NCBI GenBank assembly: GCA_963785305.1
Contig: CAWAUV010000009.1
Location: 96,001 to 160,000, forward strand
Source of the DNA: an uncultured Planctomycetaceae bacterium
GTDB taxonomy: Bacteria > Planctomycetota > Planctomycetia > Pirellulales > PALSA-1355
Direction of reading: 5' to 3'
Length of the DNA stretch: 64,000 nt
Part shown: in pieces, positions 56,909 through 64,000 of the stretch
Layout of the letters: each line of letters begins with the position of its first letter
Position numbering within the stretch: position 1 is the first letter of the stretch
Notes under the pieces: generated by a model
Told to the model about the DNA's origin: nothing
What the model saw: the letters and a program-made list of their open reading frames with translations, nothing else
Database searches by the model: none
Made by a program: the position numbers and the translations under genes

Positions 56909-58206
56909 ATGGCAAACGTTAGAAACCACGCTTTCAAGATCGCGGCGACTCTTTTACTTGTCGCCGGCTATGCGGCACTCACTTCGGCGATGCAGCGTGA
57001 CCGCGAGGTCGCGAGCACGGAACAGGCGGCCGGGCAATTGGCCGACGACTCGGGGCGATCGACCGAAATCGCGAAAGAAAACTCGATTGTGGCCAGCAAC
57101 CGTTACATGGTCGGTTGGTTGATCGTGGGCGGCGCGTCGCTTTTGATCTTGCTGGGCGACCCCAGGAAATACTTCGCTCCGGCGGCCATGCTTACGCTTG
57201 TCACTTTCACCGGCTGCTACCGGCCTTTCGAGCCGGTGAAGCTCGAAACGATCGGGCCCAGCGAGATCGCGTTTTTGTTGCCCTATCAGGGCGACGCCCG
57301 AAAGCAAACCTCGTCGGAAAATGAAGCGTACAGCGAGGAGAATCTCGTCTACACGAAGCAAGTGAAGATTCCGCAGCAGTGGATTCCCAAAGGCTACGAA
57401 ACCTTCGGCCCCAACGGCATCTGGCAAGACGCCGCCGAACTGATTCGCGTGGACATGGCGCCGGTCACTCGCGAGTGGACCGCCGACCCGAACAGCGGCA
57501 CGAGCAACAAGAACGAAGCGGTTTGGGTGATGACCTCCGATCAGGTCGAGTTCTCGACCGGTTGGACCTGCACGGCGCGGATCGTGGGCCGCGACGACGC
57601 CGTGAAGTTTTTGCACAATTATCCCAACGGCTCCCTGCAAAAGGTCATGGACATGGAGGTGCGCTCGAAGCTGCAATCGGCCTTTGGCCTCGAAGTGACC
57701 GATCTGCCGATGGAAACATTGCGCAAGGCGGCCACTCCGCACATCGTGAATGTGTCCAAGGAGATCACCGAGTTCTTCAAGCCGCGCGGGATCACGATCA
57801 CGAATCTCGGCATCACGGGCGGCTTCGTCTACAAGGACAAGACAATCCTCGACACCATGGTCAAGGTGTTCAACGCCGAGCAGGAGAAAGCCATCGCCAG
57901 CGCCGAGACGCGGCCCAGGAGGAGCGAAACAAGAAGGTGATTCTCGAAGCCACGGGCAAGGCCGACGCGCTGCTGAAAACCAAGGAAGCCGAAGCGGCCG
58001 GCATCAAGCTGGTCGCCGACGCCAAGCTGTATGAACTCGAACAAGCCAAGGGTCAACTCGAAGCGTATATCTCGCTCAAGCAACTCGAATTGCAAAAGGA
58101 GCTGCTGACTCGCTGGGACGGCGCCTACCCGCGGAACTACATGAGCTCCTCCGGCGCGAGCCCCAGCCTGCTGCTGCAACTTCCGCCGCTCGATGCGACA
58201 AAGTAG
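56909..58206 (+). CDS. SPFH/band-7-like membrane protein (frameshift near 57912)
   Basis: N-terminal TMs; F..RGITITNLGI, AEQEKA, KEAEAAGIK, ELLTRWDGAYP. Confidence 0.7.
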
Positions 58207-58255
58207 CGGAGTGAATGGCGGTTACTCCCGCCCCGGGCCTGCGTAGTGCCCCACG

Positions 58256-58336
58256 CAAGCCTGAAGCGCCAGCGAAGGAATATGGTGAGCTATCGGCTTA
58301 AACGCCGTGCGGACCGTCGCTTGCGGTTCAGGCTTG
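58256..58336. repeat. REP-like inverted doublet
   Basis: CAAGCCTGAAGCGCCAGCGAAGG (58256-58278) vs the reverse complement of 58314-58336, 20/23; followed by perfect hairpin CAAACCCGTC-AA-GACGGGTTTG (58344-58365). Confidence 0.7.
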
Positions 58337-58713
58337 TTTTCGACAAACCCGTCAAGACGGGTTTGAGCCCGCACGAGTCGTCTGAAGCGATTTCAAGAGC
58401 GCCCCCACATGCCCATGACCACTGTAGCCGAAATAAGGGCCGATCGGCTTGATCGCGTCGAACGAAAGTACCGTCTCACCGGCCAACTGGTCGGGATCGG
58501 CGGCGAAATCGATCGTCACGAATTGCTGGAGCTCCCCGGATTTTTCGGGCCAACGGAATCACAAGCGTTTGCTCGCCTTTCCTTCACTGCCTAGATAGTC
58601 CAGGCAGCGCACCCATAACCGCGTCGGCGGCGGCGCCAGAAACAGCTTGCCCGCTGGCAAGCAAGCTCTCCAGTTGACCGCCCGCCGAGTCCAACAACCA
58701 TCCCCAGCGAAAT

Positions 58714-58758
58714 CAATGAGGCCTGACCCCTTAGAATTTGCTGACCCCTTAGAATTTG
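58714..58758. repeat. Left REP-like repeat CAATGAGGCCTGACCCCTTAGAATT with an 18-bp tandem duplication
   Basis: CTGACCCCTTAGAATTTG at 58723-58740 and 58741-58758; inverted copy at 61448-61464 plus 63401-63408. Confidence 0.9.
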
Positions 58759-58759
58759 C

Positions 58760-60721
58760 GTGAACACGTACGCGTACGACAAACTCAACGAAATGACGCA
58801 AGTGTCGCAAGCCGCGGGCACGGCCACATCGAGCCAAACCGGCGCGAACGCCGTTGCCGCGAAGAAGGTCGATTTCGGCTACGACGCCAACGGCGATCTC
58901 ACCTCGCTCGCGCGCTACGCCGCTCCATCGACCAACCCGACCGGCGCGGCCACGCAACTCGTGGCGAACACAAGCTACGGCTACGACAACGCCGAGCGGC
59001 TCACGTCGATCGGCAACACGAACGCCAGCGGCGCCGCGATCGATAATTTTAATTATGCGTACAATCCGCTGAACGAAGTCACGACATTTACTTCGTCGGT
59101 GGATGGAACCACGACCTACGGATACGACCCCGCCGGCCAGCTCACTTCGGCGGATTATCCATCCTCGGGGTCGATCGCCAGCGAGCAGTTCAGCTACGAC
59201 GCGAACGGCAACCGCACCAGCGTGACGACGACGCCCACGACCGGCTCGGCAACGACCGCGACATCGACCACGGGCGCCGACAACGAGCTCGTCACCGATG
59301 GAACGTACGACTATCAATACGACGCCAACGGCAACATGGTCGAACAAACGACCATCGCCACTGGCGCCTACACAATTTACGCGTACAACAACGCGAATGA
59401 AATGACATCGGCCGTCGCGTACTCCGCCGCCGGCGCTGTTCAAAGCACGACCACGTACCAATACGACGCGCTCGGCCGGTTGATTGCCGAAACGGAAGTC
59501 GACTCCACCGGCGCGGCCGTCATCGATGAGCATCTCGTCTATGACGGCAGCCAAGTCGTCATGCAGTTCAACGGCAGCGGCCAATTGACCGATCGCTATC
59601 TCGCAGCCGTCGATCAGGTTCTTGCGGATGAGCAATACACAACGCCCACTGCGGCGCCCACTTCGCCCGGCAACATTATCTGGCCAATCGACGACGCCCA
59701 AGGCACGGATCACGACCTCATCGACTCGACCGGCGTCGTGCTCGACCACATCACATACGGCGGCTTCGGCAACATCCAATCCCAAACCAACGCCGCCGGG
59801 GTCGATTACCTCTTCGGCTACACCGGATTCCTGCAAGACCCGGCAACGGGCGCTCGGGAAAGCGAAATCCGCGGTTACTTGCCACAAGATGGCATCTGGA
59901 ACCAACAAGACCCGATCGGTTTTGGGGGAGGACAAACGAATCTGAGCGAATATGTCGGAAATGATCCGACCAATGGAATTGATCCGACCGGCACGATCGG
60001 CACGCATAACCAGGGTTCCTTCCGTCCGGGGCCGCCCATCAGGCACCTTGGCGCAGAAATTGGGGGCGAGTACTTGTCACGCGCCGCCGCTGGCGCTTTC
60101 GTTTTGCCTCAAATCGTCACGGGCATCGATAACTTTTCCGGACATTATCACGACTTCCCGGATGATGGCAGCGTAGAGAATGCGAGCATTCAAGCTCGGC
60201 GAGAGTTCTTGGTGAAATATGCGTTATCGCACAGCGCAAAGCTCGATGGTCAATGGTGGCGTTTAACACTGGATTCTTGGACAAGCACGGAGCCTTACTC
60301 AAGTCGATTTAATATTCCGGTGGACCGTTCGTTTTCGACACTCAACAACGCATCGTTTTGGCTTGGAGGATACAACGATTTTCAAGGCAAAGGACAATAC
60401 AGCATTCGAATAACTTGTCGGCCTGGCACCTCAAAAGGCTACGACGTCTCTGTGGGTAATCTTAATATGAAATGGAGATGGGTAGACGACATTGATGCTC
60501 ATTCATTTGTTGAAGCATTAAACAACGATGAGTTTAAGAACGATGGATGGGTCGCTGCCGGTATCGAAGCGTCCATAGGTGACCTTATCGGCGACAAGCT
60601 GCTCAACGGGGATTTCTTAATTCATGTCACGTTTTCGCAGACTATTAAGCCAGCAACGAAATATGCGTTTATATTTAATCTTGGCGGAAAACTGAATGTT
60701 GCTGCACCTACGTCGCAATGA
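58760..60721 (+). CDS. 5'-truncated Rhs/YD-repeat protein with core end and unassigned C-terminal toxin domain
   Basis: YD repeats (YDANG, YDALGR), GYTG, DPIG...NLSEYVGNDPTNGIDPTG; 242-aa lower-GC extension from 59993; ORF opens immediately after the repeat with no evident RBS. Confidence 0.88.
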   Translation: MNTYAYDKLNEMTQVSQAAGTATSSQTGANAVAAKKVDFGYDANGDLTSLARYAAPSTNPTGAATQLVANTSYGYDNAERLTSIGNTNASGAAIDNFNYAYNPLNEVTTFTSSVDGTTTYGYDPAGQLTSADYPSSGSIASEQFSYDANGNRTSVTTTPTTGSATTATSTTGADNELVTDGTYDYQYDANGNMVEQTTIATGAYTIYAYNNANEMTSAVAYSAAGAVQSTTTYQYDALGRLIAETEVDSTGAAVIDEHLVYDGSQVVMQFNGSGQLTDRYLAAVDQVLADEQYTTPTAAPTSPGNIIWPIDDAQGTDHDLIDSTGVVLDHITYGGFGNIQSQTNAAGVDYLFGYTGFLQDPATGARESEIRGYLPQDGIWNQQDPIGFGGGQTNLSEYVGNDPTNGIDPTGTIGTHNQGSFRPGPPIRHLGAEIGGEYLSRAAAGAFVLPQIVTGIDNFSGHYHDFPDDGSVENASIQARREFLVKYALSHSAKLDGQWWRLTLDSWTSTEPYSSRFNIPVDRSFSTLNNASFWLGGYNDFQGKGQYSIRITCRPGTSKGYDVSVGNLNMKWRWVDDIDAHSFVEALNNDEFKNDGWVAAGIEASIGDLIGDKLLNGDFLIHVTFSQTIKPATKYAFIFNLGGKLNVAAPTSQ

Positions 60722-60764
60722 AGCATTAGGAATTGGTTAAATAATCCACCGTCCACTGATTGCC

Positions 60765-61202
60765 ATGAATGTACCGCGGACCCGACAAAAACATCGCATT
60801 TATTTCGTTGCGATCTTGCTATCGTTATTAATCGTCGTCGCGCTGAACGATACGAGAATCGTAGAAAAGCGTCGGTTGATTTTGAATCGAGTCTCGTCCG
60901 AAGGTGGCGAATATAAGGTTTACAAAGTAGGGTCTGATGCTTGGGAGCGCATTAGGGGAAGCTACCCGTGGCACCTTTCTTACGTTGGCGGCGAACCGAT
61001 CGAGGATATTCGCTTAAATGGTGCCACAACGGACCGAGATGAGTATGAAACGGTTCAACGGATGTTCCCGGAAGCTATCGTCTGGTTTAAGGGATCGGAG
61101 CCCGCTTGGCGAGGAACATTTGCGGTGAGAGATCCTGTCCCTCCCGAAGACCCGTTGTCCCTCCCGAAAACCTCATCGGAGGAGAGTGACGACGCCGAGT
61201 AG
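60765..61202 (+). CDS. Putative immunity protein with N-terminal TM helix
   Basis: Small lower-GC ORF directly after the Rhs C-terminus; TM IYFVAILLSLLIVVAL. Confidence 0.6.
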   Translation: MNVPRTRQKHRIYFVAILLSLLIVVALNDTRIVEKRRLILNRVSSEGGEYKVYKVGSDAWERIRGSYPWHLSYVGGEPIEDIRLNGATTDRDEYETVQRMFPEAIVWFKGSEPAWRGTFAVRDPVPPEDPLSLPKTSSEESDDAE

Positions 61203-61275
61203 GGTCGATTTCGTGGTTTCGGTTCGGCGGAGTTCAAGAAGAAAGCAGTGGCGTTGGCGGAAAAACAAGAGCCCG

Positions 61276-61447
61276 ACGACGACCACCACTTACGACGGCG
61301 ACGGCAATGTTCTTTCGGTGACCGATCCCGACGGCAACACGGTCGAATATGTGTATAATGCGCTCGGCCAGCAGACCGAAACCATCGAGCCCAACGCATC
61401 GACGTGAGAGGCGGGCGACGGGCCGACGACGACCTATACCTATGGAG
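61276..61447 (+). pseudogene. Rhs YD-repeat fragment
   Basis: TTTTYDGDGNVLSVTDPDGNTVEYVYNALGQQTETIEPNAST*EAGDGPTTTYTYG with an internal TGA; ends at the right repeat. Confidence 0.8.
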
Positions 61448-61464
61448 AATTCTAAGGGGTCAGG

Positions 61465-63400
61465 GTGCGCCGGCGCGAAGCCGGAGGAGAGTAGCGAATG
61501 AAAGAGTCGCACGAGGCAAGGCCTAGCCAGCCACCTCGGCCTCGAGTGATGCGTCGTGTCGGGCAACTGGCAGGGCGAAGCGTTCACAGAGGCACGGCCG
61601 GGCGGTGTATCGAGCTCCGAAAACATTCTTCTGCGGTGGCCGACCTTGTCCTGACCCCGTCGCTCGATACATGCGGGAAGGCAACAGTGATGTCGAACGA
61701 TCATGGCGAGTCCGACGTCTCCCCCACGGAGTCTGAGACCACCCGCACGGCCGGAAACTTTTCTCGCGGAAGCCGGGAGATCCCGGGAACATCCGCTTCG
61801 CTTGAAGCGGATCGGTCGGAGAAGGCGCGAGGCCACAAGTCCGACATGCACGTTCCCGGGAAGTCAGACAGTTCCATAGTACCAAAGAAGCAGGCGAACA
61901 ACGATGGCGTGCCGCTGTCGGCGGAGCCCGTGGAGGGAAGGGAGCTGACCGAGGAGAACGCCGAGCAGTCGCTACTGGACCGGACACAGCGCCGGGCTCC
62001 CAGGTTGCGCGGACTGCTGGGCGTGCGAGAAGCGGCACAACGCGACAAGAAGATGCGGTTCAACAATCTGCTGAACCATGTCACGCCCGAACTGCTGGTG
62101 GCGAGTTTCTTCGACCTGAAGAAGCAAGCCGCGCCCGGCGTCGATGGCCTGACATGGGCTCAATACGCCACCGATTTCGAAACGCGGATCGACGATCCGC
62201 ACAGTCGAATCCATCGGGGAGCCTATCGAGCCAGGCCGTCCAAGCGAACTTGGATTCCCAAGCTCGACGGCAAGCCGCGGCCCCTCGGGATCGCGGCGCT
62301 GGAGGACAAGATCGTCCAGCAAGCCGTACGGACGATCCTGGAGTGCATCTACGAAGAGGACTTTCTGGGTTTCAGTTACGGCTTTCGTCCTGGACGAAGC
62401 TGTCACCGAGCCTTGGACGCGCTCTACGTGGGCATCAAGAAGCGGAAAGTGAACTGGATTTTGGATGCGGACATCCGCGGCTTCTTCGACAACATCGACC
62501 ACGCATGGTTGATGAAGTTCCTGGAGCATCGGATCGCCGACCGACGACTGCTTCGGCTGCTGAAGAAATGGCTTCGAGCCGGAGTGTCGGAAGATGGCGA
62601 ATGGTCCCCGAGCACCGTGGGAACACCTCAAGGAGCGGTGATTTCGCCGCTCTATTCGAACGTGTTCTTGCACTATGTTCTGGACCTGTGGCTGGTGGCG
62701 TGGCGGAAACGCCATGCCGTGGGCGAGGTCATCATCGTGCGCTATGCGGACGATTTCGTAGTCGGATTCCGCGAGGAGTCCGACGCGCGACGCTGCCTGG
62801 CGGCGCTCCGGGAACGCTTCACCAAATTCGGTTTGGAACCGCACCCGGAGAAGACGCGGCTGATCGAGTTCGGACGCTATGCGGCCGAACGACGATCGAA
62901 GCGTGGCGATGGCCCACCGGAGACATTCGACTTCCTGGGCTTCACCCACATCAGTGGCGTGACCCGGAAGGGCGAATTCACCATTCGCCGCATCTCATCG
63001 GCCAAGAAGTTTCGTGGCAAACTGCGCGAACTGAAAGAAGCGCTGCGCGGGAAAATGCACATGGACTTGGCGCAAGTCGGGCCATGGCTATCGAGCGTTT
63101 ACCGGGGATGGCTCAATTACCATGCGATTCCCGGCAACTCGGTGCGATTGCAACAATTCCGCACGGCGCTCCAGAAACTCTGGCTCCGCATGCTGCGGCG
63201 ACGCAGCCAACGCGGACGCCGGATGACCTGGCGGAAGTTCTCGCAGCTTTGCAAACGATGGCTTCCCACCCCGAAAATCCTGCATCCTTATCCCGAAGTG
63301 CGGTTTGGTCGTTTGTATCCAAGGTAGGAGCCGTATGCGGTAGTTCCGCACGTACGGATCTGTGCGGGGGGTGGCCCGAAAGGGCCATCCCTACCGCGAT
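61465..63400 (+). mobile_element. Complete group II intron (retroelement)
   Basis: 5' GTGCG at 61465; domain V GAGCCGTATGCGGTAGTTCCGCACGTACGGATC and domain VI ending CCCTACCGCGAT at 63400; internal RT ORF; joined flanks rebuild a 25-bp repeat. Confidence 0.93.
61846..63327 (+). CDS. ltrA: Group II intron reverse transcriptase/maturase without endonuclease domain
   Basis: AAPGVDG, IPK.DGK.RPLGI..LEDKIVQ, SYGFRPGR, DADI.GFFDNI, GTPQGAVISP, RYADD, FDFLGF, domain X RGWLNY; start codon uncertain. Confidence 0.95.
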   Translation: MHVPGKSDSSIVPKKQANNDGVPLSAEPVEGRELTEENAEQSLLDRTQRRAPRLRGLLGVREAAQRDKKMRFNNLLNHVTPELLVASFFDLKKQAAPGVDGLTWAQYATDFETRIDDPHSRIHRGAYRARPSKRTWIPKLDGKPRPLGIAALEDKIVQQAVRTILECIYEEDFLGFSYGFRPGRSCHRALDALYVGIKKRKVNWILDADIRGFFDNIDHAWLMKFLEHRIADRRLLRLLKKWLRAGVSEDGEWSPSTVGTPQGAVISPLYSNVFLHYVLDLWLVAWRKRHAVGEVIIVRYADDFVVGFREESDARRCLAALRERFTKFGLEPHPEKTRLIEFGRYAAERRSKRGDGPPETFDFLGFTHISGVTRKGEFTIRRISSAKKFRGKLRELKEALRGKMHMDLAQVGPWLSSVYRGWLNYHAIPGNSVRLQQFRTALQKLWLRMLRRRSQRGRRMTWRKFSQLCKRWLPTPKILHPYPEVRFGRLYPR

Positions 63401-63548
63401 ACTCATTGTTTGGTATAGGGTCGGGAGCCGTATCGGGAAAATGCACTTGCGGACGGCCGCGAGGTCGTAGGGTCGAGGTCAGCCGCAGGCGCCTTGCCGT
63501 CGCTTCGGTCCAAGTCGGCTCGCCGAACGGAGACCCTCGCCGCGCCGC
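63401..63548 (-). pseudogene. C-terminal remnant of a REP-associated tyrosine transposase (RAYT-like)
   Basis: RRGSPFGEPTWTEATARRLRLTSTLRPRGRP resembles RAYT C-termini; the frame runs into the intron-split repeat. Confidence 0.65.
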
Positions 63549-63549
63549 G

Positions 63550-63579
63550 CGGCATGCCCACGCTTGCGTGGGCATGCCG
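63550..63579. repeat. Perfect REP-like palindrome
   Basis: CGGCATGCCCACGC-TT-GCGTGGGCATGCCG. Confidence 0.85.
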
Positions 63580-63649
63580 TCAATGGTTGGACTCCAGCGT
63601 AAACCCGGTCGATTTTGTCCACCCGGTCCTTCAAGGCGTAAACTCGTTT

Positions 63650-63962
63650 GAGCACCCGCGGCGAGCTGCCGCGCGCGCTCGCCGCCGGGCCAGCCTTGTC
63701 GAGTTGCTCTCGCTTCCAGCGATATAGCAAATTCACGCTCGACAGCCCGAGCCGCTCGGCCACGGAGGCCGCCGAATGCCCATCCAGCAGCATTGCTCCG
63801 CTTCACTCTTGAAGCCCTCGTCGAACGCCCGCCACGACCGCGGCCCCGGCGTCGCCGGGGCAGGCTTGACGGAACGAACTCGTTTCTTGCTCATCCAGGC
63901 TCTCCTCTCCTGGACGCCCATTCTAAGTTGTCCGCCTTGTCCGTCAAATCGTCAGCACCTCA
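63650..63962 (-). mobile_element. Truncated IS3-family element: left end plus degenerate orfA
   Basis: Minus strand starts TGAGGTGCTGACGATTTGACGGAC at 63962; frameshifted orfA FDEGFKSEA / MLLDGHSAASVAERLGLSSVNLLYRWKRE; no orfB. Confidence 0.75.
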
Positions 63963-64000
63963 GCCACCAAACCGCTCACACCAAGCCGCTCGCCCGCTGC

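Noticed and set aside
61205..61275. SAEFKKKAVALAE peptide resembling an IS3 orfA start, and AAACAAGAGCCCGAC resembling the REP
   Set aside because: Too short and degenerate to support without a search.
61405..61407. In-frame TGA in the Rhs fragment as stop-codon recoding
   Set aside because: TGA ends ordinary genes here (frr, rpsB, glyA, gyrA), and the fragment is a decayed remnant.
61846..63327. RT as a DGR, retron or defence RT diversifying the Rhs toxin
   Set aside because: It has intron boundaries, domains V/VI, YADD and domain X; I saw no template/variable repeat pair or msr-msd.

Overview
High-GC bacterial chromosome segment, most consistent with a Planctomycete. This rests on the ECF sigma + Ser/Thr kinase pair, the prenyltransferase/BatA/VWA/MoxR/DUF58 cluster and the 'DPY..WLGIPP.EQP..HYRLLG' proteins. 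Many genes, including essential pyrH and gyrA, are split by 1-2 nt indels that look like uncorrected long-read errors, so split ORFs are joined below. Left to right: a Tad/Cpa module (FHA-fused TadA, TadB, TadC) with a membrane kinase carrying a Cys-less caspase-like domain; tRNA-Ile, frr, pyrH, tsf, rpsB; glyA, prpB; secreted and HEAT proteins; an ECF-kinase operon with a Spy/CpxP-like protein and an extremely His-rich secreted repeat protein; an esterase and dps; a MoxR/VWA operon; a phage-type ParB + ABC-ATPase/GNAT pair and an XRE regulator; gyrA; two tandem WD40 paralogs; a glycerophosphodiesterase and an SPFH protein. The most striking part is 58.7-64 kb. A 5'-truncated Rhs toxin/immunity cassette is bracketed by 25-bp inverted REP-like repeats. 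The right repeat is split by a complete group II intron whose predicted EBS1 (CCUGACCCC) is exactly complementary to the repeat core. Removing the intron restores the stop codon of an adjacent REP-associated (RAYT-like) transposase remnant.
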